From positions 124,001-188,000 of the forward strand of contig NIVC01000403.1 of assembly GCA_002269645.1 (NCBI GenBank): a stretch of DNA of 64,000 nt, read 5' to 3'. Every line of letters starts with the position of its first letter. The first letter of the stretch is position 1. A model generated the notes under the pieces. It was given only the letters and a program-made list of their open reading frames with translations. It did no database searches and was not told the origin of the DNA. The stretch comes from Macrostomum lignano (taxonomy: Eukaryota). This document shows positions 12,773-24,494 of the stretch, one piece after another. The translations under genes and the position numbers were made by a program.

Positions 12773-13120
12773 TCAGATAGGCCTGCCCAGCAGTGTCACT
12801 GAGCTAGGCAGGCGCGAGTCGGTTGTATAGGACAGCTCAAGGAAGCCCAGCCGTTTATAGACCTCCGCGGTGGCGTCGCCGGCGGCCAAGCGGCAGTGCA
12901 CGCCAGGACTGCCGTTGGTCTTCAGGGCGGCGAAGCAGCAGGCAAGGAGCCGCCGAAGCGCCAGCAGGTCCTGCTCGGTGCTAAATACACCAGGCAGAGC
13001 GTCCAGATGCACCACCGAGGGGAAGCGGGAGAGCACCTGATTGGGCAGGTTGCTGCCCGGCTCCGGCTGCTGCGAGTGAAAGTACTCGATGGCCTCCTGC
13101 GATTGCGGGGTGAAGGCTTG
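12773..13120 (-). CDS. OGA: O-GlcNAcase terminal exon (C-terminal half of the pseudo-HAT domain). Gene model on the minus strand: 27872-27841, 24494-24345, 22991-22387, 21420-21040, 20101-19720, 17311-16653, 13120-12773
   Basis: LSRFPSVVHLD...LLACCFAALKTNGSPGVHC...YKRLGF...VTLLGRPI* matches the human OGA C-terminus (FPSLIKMDI...CLLSSLKANGSRGAFC...YSKLG...VVILGRSL, recalled). Phase-0 acceptor AAG at 13122-13121 lies inside the minisatellite, so the exact boundary is uncertain. Confidence 0.85.
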   Translation of the reverse strand, partial: QAFTPQSQEAIEYFHSQQPEPGSNLPNQVLSRFPSVVHLDALPGVFSTEQDLLALRRLLACCFAALKTNGSPGVHCRLAAGDATAEVYKRLGFLELSYTTDSRLPSSVTLLGRPI

Positions 13121-16100
13121 CTTGAATCTGCCCAATCCGCTGCTTGAATCTGCCCAATCCGCTGCTTGAATCTGCCCAATCCGCTGCTTGAATCCGCCCA
13201 ATCCGCTGCTTGAATCTGCCCAATCCGCTGCTTGAATCTGCCCAATCCGCTGCTTGAATCTGCCCAATCCGCTACTTGAATCTGCCCAATCCGCTGCTTG
13301 AATCTGCCCAATCCGCTGCTTGAATCTGCCCAATCCGCTACTTGAATCTGCCCAATCCGCTACTTGAATCTGCCCAATCCGCTGCTTGAATCTGCCCAAT
13401 CCGCTGCTTGAATCTGCCCAATCCGCTACTTGAATCTGCCCAATCCGCTACTTGAATCTGCCCAATCCGCTGATTGAATCTGCCCAATCCGCTGCTTGAA
13501 TCTGCCCAATCCGCTGCTTGAATCTGCCCAATCCGCTGCTTGAATCTGCCCAATCCGCTGCTTGAATCTGCCCAATCCGCTAATTCAATCTACAAAACCG
13601 CTACTTGAATCTGCCCAATCCGCTACTTGAATCTGCCCAATCCGCTGCTTGAATCTGCCCAATCCGCTACTTGAATCTGCCCAATCCGCTGCTTGAATCT
13701 GCCCAATCCGCTACTTGAATCTTCCCAATCCGCTAATTCAATCTAAAAAACCGCTACTTGAATCTGCCCAATCCGCTGCTTGAATCTGCCCAATCCGCTG
13801 CATGAATCTGCCCAATCCGCTAATTCAATCTACAAAACCGCTACTTGAATCTGCCCAATCCGCTACTTGAATCTGCCCAATCCCCTGCTTGAATCTGCCC
13901 AATCCGCTACTTGAATCTGCCCAATCTGCTGCTTGAATCTGCCCAATCCGCTACTTGAATCTGCCCAATCCGCTGCTTGAATCTGCCCAATCCGCTGCTT
14001 GAATCTGCCCAATCCGCTAATTTAATCTACAAAACCGCTACTTGAATCTGCCCAATCCGCTACTTGAATCTTCCCAATCTGCTGCTTGAATCTGCCCAAT
14101 CCACTGATTGAATCTGCCTAATCCGCTACTTGAATCTGCCCAATCCGCTACTTGAATCTGCCCAATCCGCTACTTGAATCTTCCCAATCCGCTGCTTGAA
14201 TCTGCCCAATCCGCTAATTCAATCTACAAAACCGCTACTTGAATCTGCCCAATCCGCTACTTGAATCTGCCCAATCCGCTGCTTGAATCTGCCCAATCCG
14301 CTACTTGAATCTTCCCAATCCGCTGCTTGAATCTGCCCAATCCGCTAATTCAATCTACAAAACCGCTACTTGAATCCGACCAATCCGCTACTTGAATCTG
14401 CCCAGTCCGCTAATTCAATCTACAAAACCGCTACTTGAATCTTCCCAATCCGCTAATTCAATCTACAAAACCGCTACTTGAATCTGCCCAATCCGCTACT
14501 TGAATCGGCCCAATCCGCTAATTCAATCTACAAAACCGCTACTTGAATCTGCCCAATCCGCTAATTCAATCTAAAAAACCGCTACTTGAATCTGCCCAAT
14601 CCGCTAATTCAATCTACAAAACCGCTACTTGAATCTGCCCAATCCGCTAATTCAATCTACAAAACCGCTACTTGAATCTGCCCAATCCGCTAATTCAATC
14701 TAAAAAACCGCTACTTGAATCTGCCTAATCCGCTACTTGAATCGGCCCAATCCGCTAATTCAATCTACAAAACCGCTACTTGAATCTGCCTAATCCGCTA
14801 CTTGAATCTGCCCAATCCGCTAATTCAATCTACAAAACCGCTACTTGAATCTGCCCAATCCGCTAATTCAATCTACAAAACCGGTACTTAAATCTGCCCA
14901 ATCCGCTAATTCAATCTACAAAACCGCTACTTGAATCGGCCCAATCCGCTAATTCAATCTGCAAAACCGCTACTTGAATCTGCCTAATCCGCTACTTGAA
15001 TCTGCCTAATCCGCTACTTGAATCGGCCCAATCCGCTAATTCAATCTACAAAACCGCTACTTGAATCTGCCTAATCCGCTACTTGAATCGGCCCAATCCG
15101 CTGCTTGAATCTGCCCAATCCGCTACTTGAATCTTCCCAATCCGCTGCTTGAATCTGCCCAATCCGCTAATTCAATCTACAAAACCGCTACTTGAATCCG
15201 ACCAATCCGCTACTTGAATCTGCCCTGTCCGCTAATTCAATCTACAAAACCGCTACTTGAATCTTCCCAATCCGCTAATTCAATCTACAAAACCGCTACT
15301 TGAATCTGCCCAATCCGCTACTTGAATCGGCCCAATCCGCTAATTCAATCTACAAAACCGCTACTTGAATCTGCCCAATCCGCTAATTCAATCTAAAAAA
15401 CCGCTACTTGAATCTGCCCAATCCGCTAATTCAATCTACAAAACCGCTACTTGAATCTGCCCAATCCGCTAATTCAATCTACAAAACCGCTACTTGAATC
15501 TGCCCAATCCGCTAATTCAATCTAAAAAACCGCTACTTGAATCTGCCTAATCCGCTACTTGAATCGGCCCAATCCGCTAATTCAATCTACAAAACCGCTA
15601 CTTGAATCTGCCTAATCCGCTACTTGAATCTGCCCAATCCGCTAATTCAATCTACAAAACCGCTACTTGAATCTGCCCAATCCGCTAATTCAATCTACAA
15701 AACCGGTACTTAAATCTGCCCAATCCGCTAATTCAATCTACAAAACCGCTACTTGAATCGGCCCAATCCGCTAATTCAATCTACAAAACCGCTACTTGAA
15801 TCTGCCTAATCCGCTACTTGAATCTGCCTAATCCGCTACTTGAATCGGCCCAATCCGCTAATTCAATCTACAAAACCGCTACTTGAATCTGCCTAATCCG
15901 CTACTTGAATCGGCCCAATCCGCTAATTCAATCTAAAAAACCGCTACTTGAATCTGCCTAATCCGCTAATTCAATCTACAAAACCGCTACTTGAATCTGC
16001 CCAATCCGCTAATTCAATCTACAAAACCGCTACTTGAATCTGCCCAATCCGCTAATTCAATCTAAAAAACCGCTACTTGAATCTGCCCAATCCACTAATT

Positions 16101-16540
16101 CAATCTACAAAACCGCTACTTGAATCTTCCCAATCCGCTAATTCAATCTACAAAACCACTACTTGAATCTGCCCAATCCGCTAATTCAATCTAAAAAATC
16201 GCTACTTGAATCTGCCCAATCCGCTACTTGAATCTTCCCAATCCGCTAATTCAATCTACAAAACCGGTACTTAAATCTGCCCAATCCGCTAATTCAATCT
16301 AAAAAACCGCTACTTGAATCTGCCCAATCCACTAATTCAATCTACAAAACCGCTACTTGAATCTTCCCAATCCGCTAATTCAATCTACAAAACCGCTACT
16401 TGAATCTGCCCAATCCGCTACTTGAATCTGCCCAGTCCGCTAATTCAATCTACAAAACCGCTACTTGAATCTGCCCAATCCGCTACTTGAATCTGCCCAG
16501 TCCGCCAATTAAATCTACAAAACCGCTACTTGAATCTGCC
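13121..16540. repeat. 22-bp minisatellite (CTTGAATCTGCCCAATCCGCTG/A)n grading into a 43-bp dimer; fills the last OGA intron
   Basis: Pure 22-mers near 13121-13560. Beyond that they alternate with ATTCAATCTACAAAACCGCTA, and there is an internal 822-bp duplication. Confidence 0.97.
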
Positions 16541-16652
16541 ATATTCACCCTTTGACACCATCTGTCGGCTCAATATGCTATTTACTAATCTAGACCCCTC
16601 TGCTCTATTGAATGAGTTCTCCAGCCAGTTAGCAAATAAACTCGACTCTCAC

Positions 16653-17311
16653 GTGCGCCGCGGGATGCACAGCCGCTTCATGGCCGCCGCCGGCTCCGGT
16701 CCCGGCGCTAGAAACGGCGCCGCCGGCGCCTCGCCGACGCAGCATCGGATGGCGCCGGCGCATCAGGCCGAAAAACTCGCCAGCCTGATCGCGAAGCTTG
16801 GCAACGTCAAGAGCGGCGCAGACGAAGCCGCAGACGCCGGTGTCGCTCTCCAATACGAAGCAATAGTCGCAGCTGAGCTCCAGCAGCAGGCCAGCGTACC
16901 GATCGCCGTACAGCTCAGCATCAGCGGCCGACATGATGCCGACTCCGGGACCCGGCCCGGCGATCGACACGGCAACGGAGGCGGCGGCTGCGGCGTCGTC
17001 GACAACAACTCCGTTACTGCCGGCTGCCGCAGAAGTTGACGCGCCGGCGATGCGCATCGGAGCGGTCAGGGCGCAGATGGCGTAGACGGAGGACCTGTCA
17101 GCGGCGGAGTAGGGCCGGACACTGTAGACTCTGGCCGACGGCTGCGGAGGCGGGTGAGGCGAAGGCGGCAACTCGGCGGCCTTGCCAACTAGCAGGTCCT
17201 GGCCGGCCTCTAGCGGCAGCATTCGCTGGAATTCGGCGGCTATACCGCCGCGGAACATCCACGGCTCGTGCTCGCCGCTGCTGTACACCTGCGCGTAGCC
17301 TGGGGTGCACC
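16653..17311 (-). CDS. OGA: O-GlcNAcase exon (end of stalk, start of pseudo-HAT domain)
   Basis: EPWMFRGGIAAEFQRMLP...VYSVRPY...DYCFVLESDTGVCG matches human EPWAFRGGLAGEFQRLLP...VYTIRPY...DYCFVLEDEDGICG. Acceptor CTCTGCAG (phase 1), donor GTGAGA (phase 0). Confidence 0.92.
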
Positions 17312-19127
17312 CTGCAGAGCGGGGACAGGCGCGAAAAGTACATTAATTATTTATTTGGTTGCTTCTATATTGAATTAGGTGCAGTAATGAGTATGTAGAT
17401 TAGTGGGATAGCAGGGAGATTGTAGGGAAGGACTGGGGTAGCAGGGAAAGTTTAGGGAAGGACTGGGGTAACAGGAAGATAGATTGTAGGGAAGGACTGG
17501 GGTAGCAGGAAGATTCTGGGGATAGTTATACGTAGGGATACGAACATATTATACAGCCAATTAGCTAGCGAAATTACTCACATGACAGGTACCGGCGAAG
17601 GAAGCAAACGCTCAGGTAAGAGACGAGTCCCAGTGCTGAAGAGATTAGCAGGGAGAGGCGGGAGTTTTGGGATATATTTAACAACAAAATGAAAGAGATA
17701 CGGGCTCCTAACGTGTTGAGAACGCAACTATATATGTTATTTTTAATTTATATTTATTTTAATTTTTCATTAGTATTCATAATTTGCAAAAGAAAATTTC
17801 CGTCAACGAAATAAAAGAATTAAAAAATTAAAAACCTGTGCGGCAAGAGATTCTTTTGTATAGAAACATTTTCAAGCAGCAAGAGCGCTTCCAATGCAAG
17901 CAATTAAAAGCAGAATTAAGCGGCAATTAAAAAGTTAGCGCGATATGTGTGTGTGCGTGTTGTTCAACTGTCAATACTAATACATAAATGCCAGTTGCCA
18001 ACGCTTCCAGTCAGAATAGGCTTGATTTTTTAGTGATAGCGTATGTCTTTCCTGTAGTTCCGAGCTGGATTCCATTCAAATAATATTCCCTAATTTTTGT
18101 ATTTCATATTTCACATTTCACAAGACTTCTGTTATAATTATTAAATTTGAGTAACCTGTAAACATGGAGCCTTCAGAATTCTGGCTAGGGTAAGAGACAT
18201 TGACTGAATTCATGCAGAGCCAGGAAGTCAAATGGCTCTGTGAGTTCTCACCACGCAAGAAAACACAGCTAGAAAAACACGGCTATTTTAATGCAGTGTA
18301 GAATCGCGAACAAAGGTCCCGAGTTCGAATCCGCTATTGGGACAAAAACGCATGACGGTACACAGCGAATTTGCAGCTAGGTCATACATTTATGCGCATA
18401 TTTGGTTTGGGAAGAAAATCTCAAAAAACAACCGCATACAGCACAACATAAACGACTTAAGTTGATTAGTAATGATATAATAGTAATAAACCGAAATTGT
18501 GACGTCAGCGCAAGTAATGTTTATACTATGTACTTTTAGCTCTGGTTCTCGCATAGCAAATGCAATCGCGTATTTAAAAGACAAATTGCTATCAAAAAAT
18601 GGCACACACCATCACTTTGAGGAAGCGTTGGCACCTGTATCCTCTATCTGTGTAAGTATTATTGCACTTTCACAAACACACGGAGCAACTAGCAAGTTTA
18701 GATAAAACTTTCGGCACTAATATCATATTTTATAATTCAATAAGACTGCTTTCAATTGCTGTTTGTCACGCCATTAGAAACGACGAGAAAAATATCCTAG
18801 GAAAAAGTACACACAACAGAATAAAGGCACAATGTACTTTTTGAAAATTTGTTTGTGTACAAATTATGTCATGCCCTGAAGCTGATATACCGGTATACCG
18901 GTATTTTGAGCATGAACGGGAAAAGGATTCTAATGCTGACAATTGAGGGAAGGTAGAGCGGACATGGAGACACCGAGTAAACACAATGGGTCAAGAACAA
19001 AGGATACCAGTGGTGCCGAGCAAGGATATTAAGGATCCAGATCAGAGTCATTGCGAATCATTAATAAGGAGAACATTATGGGGTGAAGATCGCTATGAAA
19101 GACTATAATAGTAAAGTACGAGTATTA

Positions 19128-19522
19128 GGGGATTGTGAACAAGGATACCAAGGATCGTGAACAAGGATACCAAGGATCGTGAACAAGGATACCAAGGATC
19201 GTGAACAAGGATACGAAGGATCGTGAACAAGGATACGAAGGATCGTGAACAAGGATACCAAGGATTGTGAACAAGGATACCAAGGATCGCGAACAAGGAT
19301 ACCAAGGATCGCGAACAAGGATACCAAGGATCGTGAACAAGGATACCAAGGATTGTGAACAAGGATACCAAGGATCGCGAACAAGGATACCAAGGATCGT
19401 GAACAAGGATACCAAGGATCGTGAACAAGGATACCAAGGATAGTGAACAAGGATACCAAGGATGGTGAACAAGGATACCAAGGATCGCGAACAAGGATAC
19501 CAAGGATCGTGAACAAGGATAG
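19128..19522. repeat. 22-bp minisatellite (GATCGTGAACAAGGATACCAAG)n in an OGA intron
   Basis: Directly visible tandem copies. Confidence 0.95.
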
Positions 19523-19719
19523 CAGGAAATCAATAATAACAAAGGATAAAGTTTATCAGCTCTCGTTCATGCTCCACACAGGCAGTTACAAATAAAAAAA
19601 TGCCAATAACTGGTGCGGTGGACTGAAGCGAGCTTTGAAAATGCTACAACTACGAGTAATAACTAAAAGAGTGCAACAAACGCAGATGATTTTGCATTGG
19701 TTATAGAAAAATGCCTCAC

Positions 19720-20101
19720 TGAGCCAGTTGAGATAGGCGTCCAATATGCCGAGTATAGCTGACATGTCCGCTACATAGGGCAGCAGTTCGAACGCGATGG
19801 CTCTATTCGGTATTGCCTCGAGTTTACGCTGCACCGCCCTCAGGCGAGCCACTTCGCGCCTGAACCTGGCGGCCCGGTCCAGCCACTCCGGCCTGCTAGC
19901 GGTGCAGTCGGACTCAACCGAGCCAGAATTGCTCATTAGATGAGCGTTGCATTTTAACCATTGGAAATCTTCGAGTAGAACTAGGGCCGACGGGCCGTGT
20001 TGAAAAGGCTCGTAAAATAGGTGACAGACCAGCAGCAGTTCGTCCATTGTGAGCTGCTCTTCCGGCGAGCAAGCTGGCGACCAATCGTCGTTCGGTTCTA
20101 C
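19720..20101 (-). CDS. OGA: O-GlcNAcase exon (stalk domain)
   Basis: LTMDELLLVCHLFYEPFQHGP...FQWLKCN...EWLDRAARF...NRAIAFELLPYVADM matches human [21 protein letters not shown]...FQWLRAN...EWRSRAAKF...NRTILYDMYSYVWDI. Acceptor TTCCAG, donor GTGAGG; phases fit both neighbours. Confidence 0.92.
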
Positions 20102-20249
20102 CTGGAATTGTTTGAAAACAAACTCGAATGCGACTGCGAATTGAGCCCGGACACGGGGCAGAGAAATCATAATACCACGATGCATGTAATAATATACAAA
20201 CAATAGTATGACGCAAATAATAAACGGAGGCAAATAAATCAAACAGAAG

Positions 20250-21010
20250 ACAAAGACTAGTCAGACAGACATAAAAACCAGACTACGAGTAGACTAACCA
20301 GACGGACTAGAGAGAGTAGAGACTAGCCAGGCACAAAGACTAGACTGGACAGACAAAGACTAGAGAAAGCAAAACAAAATATTTGACTAGCCAGACACGG
20401 ACTAGAGTCTAGCCAAACACAAAGACTAGAAGCCTGACACAAAGATTAGAGGCCAGACACAAAGACTAGAGACTAGCCAGAAACAAAGACTAGAGACTAG
20501 CCAGAAACAAAGACTAGAGACTAGCCAGAAACAAAGACTAGAGACTAGCCAGAAACAAAGACTAGAGACTAGCCAGAAACAAAGACTAGAGACTAGCCAG
20601 AAACAAAGACTAGAGAATAGCCAGAAACAAAGACTAGAGACTAGCCAGAAACAAAGACTAGAGACTAGCCAGAAACAAAGACTAGAAGCCTGACACACAG
20701 ACTAGAAGCCAGACACAGACTAGAGACTAGCCTGATACAAAGACTAGAAGCCTGACACAAATATTAGAGGCCAGACACAAAGACTAGAGACTAGCCAGAC
20801 ACAAATACTAAAGACTAGCCAGAAACAAAGACTAGAGACTAGCTAGGCACAAAGACTAGAAGCCAGACACAAAGACTAAAGACTAGCCAGAAACAAAGAC
20901 TAGAGACTAGCTAGACACAAAGACTAGAGACTAGCTAGACACAAAGACTAGAGACTAGTCAGACAGACACAAAGACTTGAAGCCAGTCAGACAGACAGGC
21001 ACAAAGACTA
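20250..21010. repeat. 24-bp minisatellite (AGACTAGAGACTAGCCAGAAACAA)n in an OGA intron
   Basis: Directly visible tandem copies, most homogeneous at 20460-20690. Confidence 0.93.
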
Positions 21011-21039
21011 ATGCAGACATGCTATCGAGCATCACGAAC

Positions 21040-21420
21040 CTCCATAGGCTCCACCAAGCTATTGACTGGCTGCGGCAGCGGCTCGGGCAAGGCGAATTCG
21101 GCCGGGGCAGCGGTGGCTGAAACAGCGCCGGTGCCAACAGCGCCAACAACGCCAACGGCGGCGGCGGCAGCTGCTGCGCTGGGCTCGGCTGGCTGCATGG
21201 CCGGCGCGGGAGGCGGCCGCTTGCGCCTGTAGAACATTGGCAGCCATTGGGCTAGAGCGCGCCTAAGCGCCCCCTCCGGACTATAGGCGGCAACGGCACC
21301 TTCGCTTTCTAATTGAATGTCGCTTTTCACGGGACTGCTAGAGATCAGGGCGTCGAGTTGGACCCGCTCTGGCGAGCTGCGCGCCCAATCGGCCAGGCTG
21401 CTGAGAGCTACGAAATTGAC
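21040..21420 (-). CDS. OGA: O-GlcNAcase exon (end of catalytic domain and low-complexity linker)
   Basis: VNFVALSSLADW follows PNCEFE as ANYVAIHTLATW does in human OGA; YSPEGALRRALAQWL resembles the conserved YSPxxALxLALxEWL. Acceptor TTTGCAG, donor GTTCGT. Confidence 0.85.
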
Positions 21421-21479
21421 CTGCAAATTTATTGATTTTTACTGCTGATAGTACTATTGTAGGAATTTCATTAGAATTC

Positions 21480-22340
21480 TCAGGAATGGAAAAACTCGGG
21501 GAAAATCCCAAGGTAAGGAATTCTTAGTGGAAATTGTAAGGACGGGAAATCAAGAAGGAAGTCTAAAGGAGGGAGCGAAAATCTCAAGGAGAACTCGGAG
21601 GAATCTCAATGAGGGTAATCTCAAAGTGAACAAAACTCGAAGGAAATCCCAGAGAGGAAATCTCGGGGGAATTCCTTAGGAGTGGAAACTCGTGGGACTA
21701 GCCAAACACAAAGACTAGAGACTAGCCTAGAGACTGAGAAAATCTCGGGGATCCCAAGGAAGGGAATGCCGAAGGAGGGAGAATCACAAGGGATATCCAA
21801 AGAGGAAATACTGTAGGAATCTCACGGAGCGAAAACTTCAGGGAATCCTAAGGGGGGGAATCCCTGAGGGAAAATCCTTAGGAGGGGATTTCCTTGAGTG
21901 TACATCCCAAAAAGAAAAATCCCAAAAAGGGGAAATCCCTGTATGGAAATCTCAAGGAGGGAAATCCTAAAGAGGGGAATCCCTGAGGGAAAATCCTAAG
22001 GAGGGGATTTCCTTGAGTGTACATCCCAAAAAGGGGAAATCTCTGAGTGGAAATCTCAAGGAGGGAAATCCTAAAGAGGGGAATCCTTGAGTGTAAATCC
22101 CAAGGAAGATAAATCCAAGAGGGGAATCGCAGAGGGAAAATCCTAATGAGGGGGGAAGGGGAATCCCCCTAGGGTTAATCCCGAGGGAAAATCCCAAGGA
22201 GGTGAAATCCTAAGGAGTGGAGATTTCTAGGGGAATCTCGGGGGAATCGCAAGGAGGGGAATATCGAGGGAATCCGGTGGATATCACAAGAAACGGAATG
22301 TCCGGAAATCCTAAATAGGGGAAATCAATCCCAGACAGAG
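21480..22340. repeat. Degenerate purine-rich GGGAAATCC/GGAATCC repeat region with a ~119-bp internal duplication, in an OGA intron
   Basis: Recurrent GGGAAATCCC/GGAATCTC motifs; the block at about 21858 recurs at about 21977. Confidence 0.75.
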
Positions 22341-22386
22341 CCATGAAAATCAAGCCGCACAATAATAATAGGAGCATCCGACTCAC

Positions 22387-22991
22387 CTCAAACTCGCAAT
22401 TAGGATTAGTAAGCACGCCAGCCAGGTGGGGAATCAATTCTGGGCTGCGACCCTCGAACGGGCCAAGAAATACACGCTTAGGATCGTAGTCGTTGGCGTG
22501 GATATTATCCCAGATTAAAGGCCGGCGGCGAAGCACTTCGGCCAGCTCTTTAACCGAGGCGACGCTAATCTCCTTGGAGACAACCTTGGGCCCTGTCCAC
22601 ATGACGTGAATGCCAGGCAGCAGGCGACTGCCGATGATGTTCAAATAGGCTGAACTGCGAACGTCTGGCTGGGCGCGGCTGGCGCAGTACTCTGTTGGGC
22701 AGAACAGGAACTGCTGCACGCCTGCGCCAAGATGTTGAAACACCTCGTTAGTAACAGACACCTGGGCGTGGGCCGGAGATTGGAATACCTCTTTGTCGAC
22801 GTGGCACAGTTCTATGTCGATATCGTCGAATAGCAGCGCGAAAGATTTGCAGCCTAATTCGCTAACTTGAACCAGTTTGCGCTTCAACAGGTGCACCTCC
22901 TTGGAGAACACCATGTCTAGGCCGGGCGAGATGGCGTAGATGAAGGTGACACCGGCCGCTTGAGCTGCCTGCACCAGCGACTGCAGGTTCT
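22387..22991 (-). CDS. OGA: O-GlcNAcase exon, GH84 catalytic TIM barrel with the catalytic Asp-Asp pair
   Basis: [10 protein letters not shown]...[13 protein letters not shown]...FLFCPTEYC...[11 protein letters not shown]...[11 protein letters not shown]...[11 protein letters not shown] is nearly identical in motifs to human OGA. Acceptor GGCAG (phase 1), donor GTGAGT. Confidence 0.97.
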
Positions 22992-23044
22992 CTGCCATGG
23001 AGGGATGAGATCCAAGTTTAGGAACGAGAATTTTAACAGGGATT

Positions 23045-24160
23045 TTTTTATGAATAAGACCAGAAATCTCACCCTAGAATTATGAATGAGACCAGAAATC
23101 TCACCCAAGAATTATGAATGAGACCAGAAATATCACCCTAGAATTATGAATGAGACCAGAAATCTCACCCTAGAATTATGAATGAGACCAGAAATCTCAC
23201 CCAAGAATTATGAATGAGAATGAGACCAGAGGTCTCAACCTTAGAATTATGAATGAGACCAGAAATCTCACTCTAGAATTATGAATGAGACCAGAAGTCC
23301 CAACCCTAGAATTGTGAATGAGACCGAAATCTCACCTTGAATTATGAATGAGACCAGAAATCTCACCCTAGAATTATGAATGAGACCAGAAATCTCACTC
23401 TAGAATTATGAATGAGACCAGAAATCTCACTCTAGAATTGTCCATGAGACCAGAAATCTCACCCAATAATTATAAGTGAGACCAGAAATCTCACTCTAGA
23501 ATTGTCAATGAGACCAGAAATCTCACCCTAGAATTATGAATGAGACCAGAAATCTCACCCTAGAATTATGAATGAGACCAGAAATCTCACCCTAGAATTA
23601 TGAATGAGACCAGAAATCTCACTCTAGAATCGTCAATGAGACCAGAAATCTCGCTCTGGAATCGTCAATGAGACCAGAAATCTCACCCTAGAATTATGAA
23701 TGAGACCAGAAATCTCACCCTAGAATTATGAATGAGACCAGAAATCTCACTCTAGAATCGTCAATGAGACCAGAAATCTCACCCTAGAATTATGAATGAG
23801 ACCAGAAATCTCGCTCTAGAATCGTCAATGAGACCAGAAATCTCACCCTAGAGTTATGAATGAGACCAGAAATCTCACCCTAGAATTATGAATGAGACCA
23901 GAAATTTCACCCTAGAATTATGAATGAGACCAGAAATCTCACTCTAGAATTATGAATGAGACCAGAAATCTCACCCTAGAATTATGAATGAGACCAGAAA
24001 TCTCACCCTAGAATTATGAATGAGACCAGAAATCTCACTCTAGAATCGTCAATGAGACCAGAAATCTCACTTTAGAATTGTCAATAAGACCAGAAATCTC
24101 AACCTAGAACTATGAATGAGACCTGAAATGACAATAGAATTATGAATGAGAACTGAACTG
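23045..24160. repeat. 32-bp minisatellite (GACCAGAAATCTCACCCTAGAATTATGAATGA)n in an OGA intron
   Basis: Directly visible tandem copies. Confidence 0.96.
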
Positions 24161-24344
24161 TCATCATAGGATTGAGACCTGAAGCCTTAGTCTATGAATA
24201 TCAGACTTAAAACTGCACCATTTGGTATATCAGACCCCTCCTGTGAGTATAGGAGCCAAAATGACATTATTAAATTTTCCAAAATTGTACTGTCTTTCTA
24301 CTAGCGCATCAAACAAAAATCAACAAATCAACAAACTCATATAC

Positions 24345-24494
24345 CTATCTCCTCCACTGAGTAGAGCTCTCGCCAAAATCTTCTGTGCTTGCAGTCGTCT
24401 TTTGGCGCATAAACATAAGTGTTCATCTGCATGGACTTCATGCGTTGGAACAGCTCCTTGCGCTGATCTGATGTCCATGGTCGGCCATAGAAGC
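24345..24494 (-). CDS. OGA: O-GlcNAcase exon, 150 nt, not in the ORF track
   Basis: My translation (G)[49 protein letters not shown](E) matches human [51 protein letters not shown]. TTTAG acceptor, GTATAT donor, phase 1 at both ends. Confidence 0.95.

Noticed and set aside
18290-18345. tRNA-like GGTCCCGAGTTCGAATCC
   Set aside because: Only a T-arm/B-box is present; I could not fold an acceptor stem, D arm or anticodon arm. At most a SINE fragment.
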